A stretch of 64,000 nucleotides of DNA from Octopus sinensis (lineage: Eukaryota), in contig NC_043001.1 in the NCBI RefSeq assembly GCF_006345805.1, positions 75,454,001-75,518,000 of the forward strand, read 5' to 3'. Shown here piece by piece: positions 37,421-50,844 of the stretch; the stretch's first letter is position 1, and the number at the start of each line of letters is the position of its first letter. A program made the position numbers and the translations under genes. The notes beneath the pieces are model-generated. The model did no database searches. It was not told the DNA's origin and saw nothing but the letters and a program-made list of their open reading frames with translations.

Positions 37421-37805
37421 ATGGGATCGCTTGACGACAATATAACCTTTATTTGACAAAGGTATCTTTGGCCCGACCAGTAGCTATCGGATTATTCCAC
37501 ATTTGAGTAATTACTACTTCCAAGTTTCTGATAGCTATGAAACATGTAGGCGGGATCTTATCTGCTCCATTCCCTAAATTTGGTTGTTTATTCACATACA
37601 CAGCAACCCCACTTGCTAAGAGTAAACTACAAAATAACTTTTTTCAGCTTATCGAAATTCGATATGGGAAAAATTTACAATCTCTACGTCAATAAACAGC
37701 TACTGTCCTTGAAAGTTGTTTTTTGTATACCTTCAACGGAGTGCACAAGCTTACTAACTTCCTACACCTTGATCCTTGGATCTTACATTTACATATTACT
37801 ATATA

Positions 37806-38520
37806 CTAGCAAATCTACCCATCTACAATGTAGGCATAAAATGAGGGAGCGAAATCACTACAGCAGTATGTATTGAGAAATGTGTAAATGGACTTTATAG
37901 ATTACTAGGTGATGCCTTAGAGAAATTACATTATTGTTGGTGATACAGCTTTCTATCGCAGATATATGAAATGTGTTTGCAACTAAGTGACATGTGATGA
38001 CGATTCACTACCAAACTGAAATAGGCTCCAGGCCTTTGTATCATGAATGGTTATGTAGACCACTCCTAACGAAAGCCAGAGTTTCCTTCGATCAATATAT
38101 AAAAAAGTATTAAGAAAAATATGTTATTTAAATATACTCTTATTTTAGTTGTTTACACTATTTTATGCTTGCTTATACTCTTATACATTCAAAGTTCACA
38201 AATTTCTTTATTTAAATTATGAATCATAATCCTTTCGATTATATCAATATAATTACAAAACTTCTTTGTAAATGATATTTTCTGTTTGGTCGACATTGAT
38301 TTTCAAATTATTGGATTCCGTTGCTCTACTCATCACGACGTATAACTGGCCGTGTGTAAACATCGGAGTGGGTAAAAATACACCTACACGATCTAGAGTC
38401 TGGCCCTGAGGTTTGTTTGCTGGGAATGCGCGAGCGAAATCTTTAGGGTTGCAAAAAATCAAAATAAGACTTAACTCTCCCTGTTGTATGCAAATAATGT
38501 CAGGATGTTTTAGTACCACG
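37806..38520 (-). mobile_element. Helitron 3' portion: PIF1-like helicase C-terminus and terminus
   Basis: NKPQGQTLDRVGVFLPTPMFTHGQLYVVMSRA…TENIIYKEVL* (38253-38420). Minus-strand terminus …gggtagatttgCTAG|t at 37806. Confidence 0.85.
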
Positions 38521-38589
38521 GGTTATTTTGATTGACAAAACTGAAGTGTAGACAGCAGCCGCTTCAGTTTTATATTTGAGAGATGAGGA

Positions 38590-38792
38590 ATTATGTACAG
38601 TATTTAAATTTGACAGATATTTGTCCTTATCTTGTATGTTGTTAACACAACGTTTCGGCTGATATACCCTCCAGCCTTCATCAGGTGTCTTGGAGAAATT
38701 TCGAACCTGAATTCTCATTCCTAAAGTATGGCATAGAGGTTAAAAGCGCGAACTACTAACCCCAAGATTCCGAGTCCGATTCCAAGCAGTGA

Positions 38793-38853
<61 letters not shown>

Positions 38854-38862
38854 TATAATAAC

Positions 38863-38893
<31 letters not shown>

Positions 38894-39085
38894 GTAATAA
38901 TAATAACAACAACAACAACAACAACAACAACAGCAGCAGCAGCATTGAAAAATACCTTAAGAATGAGACACAGGTTCGAAATTTCCCCAAGACACCTGAT
39001 GAAAGCTGGAAGGTATATCAGTCAAAATGTTGTGTTAACAACAAACAAGATGAGGACAAATATCCATCAAATGTAAATAATGTAA
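38590..39085. mobile_element. Inverted Penelope-like termini flanking a tRNA-like head and (AAT)n/(AAC)n/(AGC)n tract
   Basis: ~38595-38728 is the reverse complement of ~38952-39085. A box tggcatagagg at 38729 and B-box-like gagtccgattcc. Core ctgatga-ggctg…cagcc-gaaac. Confidence 0.8.
38635..38684 (-). ncRNA. Hammerhead-ribozyme-like core (stem I not evident)
   Basis: Minus strand: CTGATGA-a-GGCTG-gagggtatat-CAGCC-GAAA-c-GTTG-tgttaa-CAAC-ATA. Confidence 0.45.
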
Positions 39086-39319
39086 AAAATGAGCAGCCGC
39101 TTCGATTAGCTGTTTCGAATCCTGCTTGAGACTGACACATTTCAATAACCACACACGCTATATACTGACATATCCTTTTTCCATTTTATTCTCGCCTTTA
39201 ACCGCCCTTACGAACCCCTTCATATTTATGATGGAGCCACGAACTATATGATAGAAGTCCAGAGTTATTGGAGGTCGGTGAATTTTTAATAAGAATGTGT
39301 GGGTGGTTCATCAATTCAA

Positions 39320-39840
39320 AAATCGATATCCACGAAATAATCATACTTTCTTATTTTTTAATGTTAAAAGCCGTCCTAGCGACAATCTTTGTAATCCCGT
39401 AAAATATCGTAACCATTGGTCCAGCCGTCTGGCCATGAAGTGGGAACAGACAAAGAGACGAACAAGCGGACAGACAGACATACATAACGCCCATTATATT
39501 AAGATAGTAAATCTGCTCATCTACGATGGGAAATAAAGGGATAGTATCGCAAATCTAAACCTTCTAAATTCACGAATTATACGGGGTAAAGCGGGTTGGA
39601 TCTAGAGTTAATTCTTGTCATCAGTATTTTAACAAAAGAAATCAAGGGTGATTTATTAATAATAAACTCAATATCCACTAAATAATCATACTTGTTCACA
39701 TAATTTCGTTAAAAGCCTTCCTGCTTTCCTCCTTCGTAATCTCGAAAAACGTGACCATTGGTCCTGCCGTTTGACCGTGAAGAGGGAACAGATAGACAGA
39801 CGGACAAACGGATGAACATAACGCCCATTATTGTAAGATG
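39320..39840 (+). mobile_element. Two tandem ~180-bp copies of a DINE-1/Lep1-like non-autonomous Helitron 3' segment
   Basis: accattggtcc.gccgt…acagacaga…cataacgcccatta…aagat occurs at ~39330-39505 and ~39668-39840. Confidence 0.55.
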
Positions 39841-40537
39841 TGTGTGTGAGTGTGTGTATAATGTTTCCATATTTCATGTAGACATTGCGAGGTTGATAAC
39901 CTGGTGTCGAACTCAATATACGTGTGCTTCTGAACGAAGAGTTAGTCGAGTACAAGGTGGTAATTAGAAGAGACGCTAGACGACTAACCAATTATCTTAT
40001 AAATTTCATTAGCTTACAACTATTTCCCCTATGAGATACGGTGAACTCATAACTGTGTTCCTGAGTAACACCTTACAATGTACGTGTGTATTTGTATTTT
40101 ATATGTCTGTGTGTGTGTTTCTGCTTACGTGGTGTGTATATATGATGATATAATGTAAATGGCTGACAATTATACAGACTCTTGTACTTATATGTAATTC
40201 TAAAATGGAATTAGTATGGGCAGAGTGAGGCAACGTATGGCAAGATAGCCTTCGATTCCCTATCAGATGTTCTTGGATATAGTTTCCTTGTCTCGAATTC
40301 CACTGTCTAGCCTGGTCTCATTTTACGGCTATTTTACAATTTACGTCGTACGTATGTATTTATACAGGTATGTATGCATGCATTTGTATATGTTTGTATG
40401 TATACATGAATGTGAGCATGTATATTTGTATGTATGTGTGTGATGTATGTATGCTTTTATATAAATTTATGTGTCTATATGTTTCTATATAGGCATTTAC
40501 ATTTGGGTGCATGTATGCATGCTTTTATGTAGATGCT

Positions 40538-40875
40538 CGTATGAATGTGGCTCAGTGGTTAGGGCATCGGGCTCAAAATCACGAGGTAATGAGCTCGATT
40601 CCCGGACCGGACTGCGTGTTGTATTCTTGAGCAAGACTCTTTATTTCACGTGGCTCCAGTTCACTGAGCAGTAGAAATTACTTTTGATGTCACTGGTGCT
40701 AAGCTGTATCGGCTCCTTTGCCTTTCCCTTGGATAACATTAGTGGTGTGGAGAGAAGAGGCTGGTATGCGTGGGCGACAGCTGGTCTTCCCTAAACAACC
40801 TTGCTCAGACTTGTGCCTTGGAGGGTAACTTTCTAGGTGCAATCTCATGGTCATTCATGTCAGAAGGTCCTTCTA
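40538..40875 (+). mobile_element. SINE family C
   Basis: tggctcagtggttagggcatc…ctcgattcccggaccgg…gtattcttgagcaagactctttatttcacg; collinear with 2322-2650. Confidence 0.85.
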
Positions 40876-40959
40876 TATATATGTATGCATGTCTATATGT
40901 GTGCACGGTATTATGTACGCATGTGCATATGTTTCTATGCATGTATCGGTGATTGTATG

Positions 40960-41672
40960 CATCTATCCATCTTTTCAGCCCAATATTTTTGTGAGGGTCG
41001 TGGTTTGGAGCCCTCAGGTAACTCTTCCATAGGATCCTATCGGAAGCAGCATCAATTCGGTATGCAGACTGGAATCCGAAATAAAATCAAGTGAAGCTAT
41101 GGATATTATCCATCACGTTTTTGGTCTACCCGTGTGGGTTAAGTTCAAGGATCCGTCTTGTGATACTTTCATGCGACATTCTAATCGCATGTCTGTAATA
41201 CCGGAGACATGACCTCGCATCACAGAGAAGTAGTGGATTGACCTGGAAAGGCACCCTGTTCTCTGAGTTACGCACCCTTCGGAGGAACTCCATTTTGGTC
41301 ACATGTATTTGTCATCGCACTATTTTGGACATTATCCAAAATGAATTACCATAGGCGTGGGTAGGTACGAGTACCAAACTGAAGATAGCGAGTTTGGAAT
41401 TCTTACTAATCTTTTCTGTTCTGACGATCGAATGATGGGGCTAGCGCATTATTGTGCCAGCACCTGCAATCTAGCATCCAATTCTCCCTTCTACGTTCCA
41501 TCACTCTTGGATACGATCCCGAGACACTAAAAAATCCTCCCTTTCTCTCAGTGATGTTTCACTAATATGCAGAGTGCGCTGGAAAAACTTTCTTGATGGA
41601 ACTAATATATCAGACTTCGCAACAATAGTTCTTATCCCTGCCTTACAGCACACAGCAGCGAACCTATTCAGT
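40960..41672 (-). mobile_element. RTE/Rex3(Expander)-type LINE 3' end, decayed
   Basis: LNRFAAVCCKAGIRTIVAKSDILV…, AGTIMR*PHHSIVRTEKISKNSKLAIFSLVLVPTHAYG…MEFLRRV. gaaaagatggat-type tail. Confidence 0.8.
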
Positions 41673-42039
41673 GTATATTTATTTATGTACGTATGCATGC
41701 TCTATGTATTTATGTATGTTGGTGTGTGCATGTATGTGTATCTGTATGAATGAATGCTTGTTTGTATGTGTGTGTGTGTGTATGTGTGTGTGTGTATGTG
41801 TGTGTATTTATGTATAATTATTCTTTGCGTTTCATTTAAGTTCTACTTGGGAGATTTCAAACTGGTCGCTAACAAAGTGACAAGGCTATTTGAGTTAAGA
41901 GAGTCCCCCATATTTGTAATTATGTGGTTGATTGAATTGTTGATGCATACATCTAAGTGTGTGTGACTTTTCACCTAAATAATCTCAAATGGCAAATTTT
42001 TAGAATGTCTTAAAAATGTTCACTGTGCCACTAATAGAT

Positions 42040-42964
42040 TGGATTTGGAGAATCCACGTCAGTTTTGTTTGCTCTTTCTCGGTGAAACCGAGTATTTCTA
42101 GGTTTTTGTGCAAATTCATTGGTACAAATCTAATGCACCTATGATGATAGGTACACAGCACCGACATTGGCGGCATCAACAATGGAAGGCGATAGTCTTC
42201 TCTGACGAGAGCCAGTACTGCGTTTCTATCTCGGATGGCATAATGGGGGTGTGGTGTAGGAGGGGGAACGCTACAAAGACGTATGTGTCATGGAGAAAAC
42301 GCGTCAGGTGGCCAAAGCATCATGGTTTGGGGTGTATTAGGCCTGAATCACAGAAATGGGCCCCATGTGCTCCAAAATGTTAGCGCAGGCAGAGGGAATG
42401 GCATCATAGAGCAGCGTTACATAGACCAAATTCTAAGACATCATATTGTGTCTTTCTTCGCGCGTCACTATAGCTACATATTCCAACAGAACAATGCTCC
42501 TGCATGGCCAGGGTTACCAAAGACCTCCTGCGTCAGCCCAGCATCAGAACCATGCCGTGGCTAGCTCTCAGTCCGTATTTGAACTCAATTGAACAGCTAT
42601 GGGATGAAATCCAGAGACGGCTGAACCAGGTGGTCCAAACTCCGACAACTCTTGTGGAACTGGAGGCAGCTTTCCTCAGGATGTAGTCACAGATATCAAC
42701 GGCTTTTGTGATCTGCTTTATGCACCCCATGTACCGACGGTGTTTGGCTGTTTTGAACACCCAATGAGAACATACATGTCAGCCTTACAATCTCCATGTG
42801 CTGGATCCGCTCACTACCAGAACACATGACAACGATCTATAAAATGTGGTTAAAGTGCATCCAAAAAACTGACTCCAATACAAAAGTGTATGTCTCTGAC
42901 ATAATGAAATTAAAACATATTTCACAGTCACACACATCATGCGTTTTTTTTTGCGGTTCAGCGT
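42040..42964 (+). mobile_element. Tc1 (DD34E) transposon 3' portion, decayed
   Basis: IVFSDESQY, GGQSIMVWG, IFQQNNAPA, WLALSPYLNSIEQLWDEIQRRL. TIR-like gcgttttttttgcggttcagcgta at the 3' end. Confidence 0.85.
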
Positions 42965-43759
42965 ACGTATGTATGCTTGTATATACTTATATATTTATGT
43001 ATGTACGCATGTACGTTTGCATGTAGGCATGCATGCATGTATGTATGTATGTTTGTATGTATGTATGCATGTATGTATGTTTGTATGTATGTATGTATGT
43101 ATGTATGTATGTATGTATGTATGTATGTATGCATGTATGTATGTTTGTATGGATGGATGGATGTATTATATGTGTATGTTTGCATGTGTGTGTGTGTGTT
43201 GTGCATGTGTGTGTTTAAATGTATGGATGATTCTTACCTAAACTAGACGTTTGAAAACAAAACTCACGTAACTCCATTCTGGAAAGTTGAGGCAATATTT
43301 ATAGCCAGGATAATATACATGAACACTTACAGAAATTGAATGAGATGTGGAGATTATTTTATATAGACAACTCATACCTAGCTAACTTTGTGCAGAAAAA
43401 TGTACTTGAATACTCACTTGAAAAATGAGTGTAATATGATTAGGACCTTTTGGATTTCTTATATATATTATGATCGTGAGTGCATCCATACTTAATTAAA
43501 TCTATAATGAATCAATTTTGTAATCCTCGACTAACAGTCAAAACACTTTGGTGGCATAAAATATACTACATGTATATATACAGATGTGTATGCATGTGTG
43601 AGTGTTTGTGTGTGCGTGTGTGCGCGTGTGTGTGAATGAGTGAAAGTGGCTGTGTTTATGTATATAAATATGTATATATGCATATATGTATGCATGTATA
43701 ATGTGCGTATATATAATATAAATGTGTGTAGATACATAGATGGATGCGTGTCTATGTAT

Positions 43760-43792
<33 letters not shown>

Positions 43793-45895
43793 GATAATAT
43801 TGACAATATATCATACAATATATATATATATATATATAATGTATTGTGTATATTGTGTGTATATATAAGTGTATGTACTTGTATAGTTGCATACATGTTT
43901 ATATGTACATAATAACAGAGAGAGAGAGAGGGGGAGATGAGGAGATAGAGAGATGCTTTCAAAATAATAACTTAGAAAAACTGATATATTGCTTTGTCAT
44001 TAACTTCAACAAGCTGACCATATGAATACAGTCTAAATCATTGCAGGAACCCCTTCTTCTCTTTCTGTCTTTCTTGTTCTTCTTCTTCCTGTCTTTTTTC
44101 TTACAGTCATTCTTTCCGTTTCCCACATTTTCCTTTTGACCAAGCCTCCAAAAATTCTCCCCCCCCCACACACACACGCATGCTTACACATATGCATGCA
44201 CACAAAGAAAAAGGTAAAGATGGCTTCAAAACAATAACTAAACAAGATTAACATCGTAAAATGTATTTAACTTCAAACACCCGTGAAACGACTGACCATA
44301 ATTATATAATAAAAAACATCTCAGAATAAAACACTCACTTCTCTCGTTCTTTCTTTCTTCCTTCCTTCCTTCCTTTCTTCCGTTCTTTCTGTCTTCTGTT
44401 CTTTCGTTCTCTCTTTCATTTTTCTCATATCTCCTCCCTCTGGATGGGTATCCACGCACTCATATACTCACAAATATGCTTGCATACGTATGCTTGCATT
44501 CACACACATATGCGCGCACATATGTACGCATGCATGCATGTATGTACACAGACACACACAGGCACACACACACACACACACACACACATAGACACAGACA
44601 ACTGCTAAAACAATACAAAAATATCATAAAAAACTGCTTGCTACTCATAGTTTCATGTTCCCGTTTGTCGGGCAGTTCTGATCCAGAAAGGAATAAGAAG
44701 TTAGGTTATACCTACAACTTATACTACGTTGTTATTCACATTGACAGTTACACATTTGAATTTGAGTGGTCGTTTTAACTAACAGTTTTTCAAAAGCATA
44801 GAAGCTGGGACAGGAAATATAGATAATAAAATTAAAATTAAAATTAAAATTAAATATCATGTTGTATAAAATCGAAGAAAACGTTCAATAAAAAAAAAAT
44901 TCTAGGTTAAAAAGAAATCATATATGTCCTGAGTAAATTAATTAATGGTAAATATGTAATAAATTAAAATAAACGGTAGTTTGTTTTAGAAAAATTAACC
45001 CTTGGGTTTGGGAAAGCTGGTAGATATTGATAAAAATAATAACGGGTTTCTTTTTATATAAACAACTCATACACACACACATATATAGAAATTACACGTA
45101 TAAAAACCATATACTTATACATACGAGATATATGTGCATTTATTCACATAAATACATAAACACATACTTATATATAAATATACATATACTTACACTTAGG
45201 CAAAACACACAGAACATGCAAATACATAGGCATACATACAATGACAAATCACACATATATACATATATTTACAAACACACATTCACATAGATACGCATAC
45301 ATACTTATATGTACATATATGTGCACATATACACATACACATAAACATGCATGCTCACATAAAAACATATTCACTTACAGATGTCTATATGCATAAATAC
45401 ATAAATACATGTTTTTCACCTACATACATACACATAAATACATCAAATCTTATATTGATTTTATCCTTATATTTAACAGATAAATATTAAACCGGAAGAT
45501 ATTCAATGTTAAATTATTTTGGTTATTCACGCGTGGCTGAGATGAGCAAAATATATAATGGATATATAAGTGTGAAAGTTTGTATATATTCGGTGGATAC
45601 GTTGTGATCGTATGGTATGTATAAGTGTTTATATTTATATTCTTCTGGTTATGTTTGTACTGACGAGTGCAGAGCGTGTTACAGCGTTGACCATGAAATC
45701 GTTTCGATATGCAACTGAACCATTTAAAAATAAGATTTTTTCGTTCATTTCTTCGAATTCAGCGCGTGTGTATATTTGATAAAATAGTTTGACTTTAGCG
45801 TCCCTTTCCAGCGTGTGGCTTTACTTAAAGTAATAACCCTTAATGTAATAACATATATGCATCATATATACTCGCACACACTATAATCACACACA

Positions 45896-45992
<97 letters not shown>

Positions 45993-46105
45993 GCGCGAAC
46001 ACATACAAAAGCAGATACATACATACATACATACAAACATATAAGGCAAACATATGCGTATATGAGTGTGTGTATGTGTGTGTATGTATATGTAGATATA
46101 TATAC

Positions 46106-46140
<35 letters not shown>

Positions 46141-46388
46141 TATAATATATATATATATATATTATATATATATATACATATATAGATGTATGTGTATATA
46201 TATATATTCCTTTATTTGTTTCAGTTATTTGACTGCAGCCATGCTGGAGCACCGCCTTTAGTCGAGTAAATCGACCCAAAGACTTCGTGTATTGATAATT
46301 GCCAATGTACGAAATTCTAATAATCCGCAATTCCTGCTGATTATTAATAGTATGTGTGTGTGTTTGTACGTGTGTGTATTTATGTATT

Positions 46389-46449
<61 letters not shown>

Positions 46450-46647
46450 GTGAGGCATTTCCCTCTCCATATTTTTAAGAGGTCATGGGCCAACAGATGT
46501 TTGGGATCTGACGATACGCAATAAATCTAAACCCTTTATGTACGGGAGACCTAAGGCAATCCCATAAACCGGCCTTCCCCATTCTTAATATTTACTGCTC
46601 CACATTTTTGAGTGCGCTTCTTTATGATTTATGTTTTTTACAAACGA

Positions 46648-47924
46648 TATATTGGTTCCCGCCGTTTTTTTTTTATTTCGGAATTTATTGCGTTATTATA
46701 TTTTAGAATCTATTTTTTTCGAGATATCTAATTTTGAATCATTTTGGAATCTATTCTGTTTTTTTTTATTTCTAATTAATTTTAGTTAATTTTTGTTTAT
46801 TTTCAGATCATTAAAATGGAATGTCAAGTTAAGATAAACGAGCATTTTCGACACCTCCTTCATTTTGCTTTTAATCACGGTTCTAAGGCCGCAAAAGCTG
46901 CACGCGACATTTGAGCTGTGTATGGAGAGGGTGTCATAGCTGAAAGAACCGCTCGTGATTGGTATGCTAAGTTCAAAAATGGAAATTTTGACTTCAACGA
47001 CGCACCTCGTTCTGGCCGTCTAGTTGAGTTCGATGAAGAGCGATTAAACCTACTTTTGCACGAAAATTCTCGTCGAACGACAAGGGAACTGGCAGAGTAA
47101 GTGGAATGTTCCCACACTGCTACAGGGAAGCATCTTCACTCGATGGGAAAGGTTCAGAAGTATGGAGCATGGCTTCCGCATGCTTTAAGTGACAACAACA
47201 AAAAAATCAAGGAGTCACAATCTCCGCTGGTCTGCTTGCCCGTCACCGCTCAACTCATGGAAACATGCAACGATTTCTTTACCGAATCATTACTGGCGAC
47301 GAAAAATGATGTATGTACATCAATATGAAGCAGCGTAAGGAATGGCTTAGCCTCGCTAAACAAGTGACACCTCGCGAGAATCAAGATCTTCATCCGTGTA
47401 AAACGATGTTGTGCGTATGGTGGGACTGGGAAGGGGTTATCCATTACGAATTGCTTGTGCGGAACCAAACGGTCAACGCGGAACTCTATGTTTTACAAAT
47501 GGAACGACTCAACACGGCTATGCAAGAGAGAAGACGTAATCGTCAGTATGGAGTTCTGCTGCACGACAACGCCCGCCCTCATATCGCGAATATGACCATT
47601 CAAACGCATGGCTGCGAATTGCTGCCACACCCGTCGTACTCTCCTGATTTGGCACCAACGGATTTCCACCTCTTTCGACCTCTCTGAAATGCTATGCGCG
47701 AAGTTTCGTTCAATACTGATGCAGAATTGAGAGTTTGGTTGGATTAATTTTTCGAGTCGAAATCGGGTGATTTCTACCAACGAGATATTGAAAATCTTGT
47801 TGAACTTTGGGAATAAGTTGTAAACAACAAGGGTGAATGCATTATTGATTAATTAGTTATTTTCTATTAAACCTTTAAAATAAATTTTAATTAAAAAAAA
47901 GACAGGAACTTAGTTGCCAACCTA

Positions 47925-47927
<3 letters not shown>
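46648..47927 (+). mobile_element. mariner (DD34D) near full-length copy; transposase pseudogene 46816-47852
   Basis: MECQVKINEHFRHLL…WYAKFKNGNFDFNDAPRSGR…, ITGDEK, KTMLCVWWDWEGVIHYELL, LLHDNARPH, HPSYSPDLAPTDFHLF. In-frame stops and frameshifts. 3' TIR aggaacttagttgccaacctaata; 5' TIR partly deleted. Confidence 0.93.
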
Positions 47928-47982
<55 letters not shown>

Positions 47983-49286
47983 TGTGTTTGTATGTATATA
48001 TGTGTGTATGCGCGCGTGTGTGTGTGTGTGTGTGTGTGTGAGTGTGTGCGTGCGCGTTTGTGAGCGTGAGCTGCTTGTCTTTATTTGCGTGTGTTTTTTG
48101 CTTCGTAGTCCCTTAAATTCAACACCTCAATTAAGAGAGTTATATCTAATTATATAAATAGAACTACTACTGATCAACAGTCAATTAACTATATCGCTGA
48201 CACACTGAAAAACAATAGAGATTTTGTGCACAGAAAGAAGAATGCATGAGATATTGTATCAATGTATTTTAAAAGCAGCGATGTCATGATGTCATGTGCC
48301 AACTGAAATAACTCCAAACAATGCAAATGACTCAGTCTATATTTGTAGCTGTGTACTCTTCTTTTTCTACTCTTTTCTTTATCAATGATTCTCATTTCTA
48401 CTATTGGTTTCTAAATTTTGTCAATGTTGTTCAGTTATCATTAGACAGCTACGTTTGCTCCGCTTATTAGATAGAACTTGAACATGATAGCAATAACTAC
48501 CCTATATGACTGTTCTGTTTTTTCTTGTTTTTATTTTTTTCTCGAACCTTTGAACTTACAAGGCTGGTTACCCGATTTCCACGGCGTATAAGTGACAGAG
48601 ACCACAACATTATATCTGAAATGGATGCCGGTTCATTGTAGGGTTCAATGCAATTAATTTTTAAGGGAAGTGTAAGCCAATGTATACACCTTCACATCTT
48701 CCCTAGCTCTTGACTAGTACCTTATTTTATCGAGCCCGAGAGTTGATTTTACGAGATTTGAACTCGGAACGTAAAGAACCGGAAGAAATAACAATGAGCA
48801 TTTTGTCCAACGCGCAAACGATTCTGCCTCCTCGCCGCTTATTCCATGATATACTTCGTACAAATATGATGAATCATTATTGAATTAAAGCAATTTAACT
48901 CTTTTGATCCAACCAATCCTTGTTTCTATGATACACACAGGTTGTTTTAAAATGATTTTACTTGTTGTTTTAAAGTGATTTTAAAGAAATAAGAAACTGA
49001 AAGAAGTACGTTGTATATGTATTTGTGCGTCGGTGTTTTCCCCGACCACCACTTAACAACCGGTGTTGGCGTGTTTATTTCCCCATAAGCTAGCCGTTCG
49101 GCAAAAAATATTGATAGGATAAGTACCAGGTTTATAAAAGAAAAAAAAGTACTGGAGTCAATTCATTCGACCAAAATTTTTCATGGCTGCAATATAGTGA
49201 CTGAAACAATTAAACGATAAAAAATACATACTTACGTACATAAACATATACAAACATATGTATTTGGATACATACATACATATATA

Positions 49287-49330
<44 letters not shown>

Positions 49331-49358
49331 TATACATATATATATGTATATATATATG

Positions 49359-49442
<84 letters not shown>

Positions 49443-49464
49443 GTATATGTGTGTTTGTGTGTGT

Positions 49465-49740
49465 GGAGGCGCAATGATCCAGTGGTTAGGGCAGCGGACT
49501 CGCGGTTGTAGGATCGCGGTTTCGATTCCCAGACCGGGTGTTGAGAAAACACCTAAAAGCTCCTCGAGGCTCCGTCTAAACTTTCGCCACAACTTTCTCT
49601 CACTCATTCTTCTGTTGGCCTGCTCGCTAAGCCAGCGGGGTGGCGTCATTTGAAGACTAAAGGAATGCGAAGCGCATTGTGACCAGCGATGTGTAGCAAC
49701 ATCTGATAGCCTGATTGGTCACGGTGATCACGGTGATATA
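49465..49740 (+). mobile_element. tRNA-derived SINE (ggcgcaatg…gtggttagggcagcggactcgcgg head)
   Basis: A and B boxes. Related head at 62604-62680. Confidence 0.8.
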
Positions 49741-49890
49741 TGTATATACATACATATATATAAACATGCATAAAATTATATAGGGTGTACTTTTAGAAAT
49801 TTCACCACCAGTCACCTAGTATGTATAAAATTACCTATTAAAGGTAATTTTTTCTTGTGTTTAAATCTACACTATTTTATATATATAAAC

Positions 49891-49952
<62 letters not shown>

Positions 49953-50401
49953 GTATATGTATACGTCTGGCTTCCACACAGATTCCATCTACCGAATTCA
50001 GTTACAAGGCATTAGTTGGCCCGGGGATATAGGAGACGACACTTGCCCTGATCACCCGCACAGTAGGACTAAGCACGAAACAACGTGGTTGCAAAAGGGA
50101 ACCAGTAAATTTAATAACATTGATTTTAATGCCAACTTTACAGACATGAAACATAGTTAAGACACGACTCCGTTAGTTGTATGTGATTTTATATGGTTAG
50201 GTCATCTATAGCTGCTATTAGACACTGCTGTTGCTATTATGCATGCATTTGTGTAAAACGTCTAAACTCAATCACCACCACCATCGACACTATCAACACA
50301 ACAACATCAGTACCGCCAAAACCACTGCTAATATATCCCCATCCCCTCTCGCTCTTTCGCTGCTGAATCAATATGCCTGCCTCTCTCTTTCTCTATTCTA
50401 G

Positions 50402-50460
50402 CTTCGTTTCAGTTTTGATCAGCTAGTGTCAGCGGATAATCGTCTGTAGGTGAGAACACA
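50402..50460 (+). promoter_or_regulatory. Putative 5' non-coding exon / promoter region of the downstream gene
   Basis: Pyrimidine tract plus ttctag| acceptor at 50401 and Inr-like TCAGTT at 50409-50414. Donors tag|GTGAGA (50449) and aca|GTAAGC (50460). All three frames are closed. Locally CpG-rich sequence follows. Confidence 0.45.
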
Positions 50461-50844
50461 GTAAGCGAACTGAATGCATCTGTGCAGTGAAGAAATAGTG
50501 TTTGCCAGTTTAGTTAGATGAGAAGCGCCGTAACGTTGCTTGCAGTTTCGACACTACGGTGCGGTAAAACGGATTGCAGCTGCAACAAGCAACAAGTTTC
50601 TCTCCCTCCCTCTCTTTATCTTTCTCCCTCTCTCTCCCCTCTTCTCTCTCTTTAAATGATAATTCAAACAGTAGAACAGGGTCTAGAATTACTTGGTTAA
50701 AAACACTACTACAACTAATACTGTTGCTGCTGCTTAAATTACCGCCACCACTTCTACTATTAATGTAATACTTGTGCAACTACTACAACTATCACTACTA
50801 CTGTTGCTACTACTACTACTATTACCCATAACAATAATAATATT

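Noticed and set aside
46816-47852. Active or domesticated mariner transposase
   Set aside because: In-frame stops (e.g. after RDI and ELAE), frameshifts and a damaged 5' TIR.
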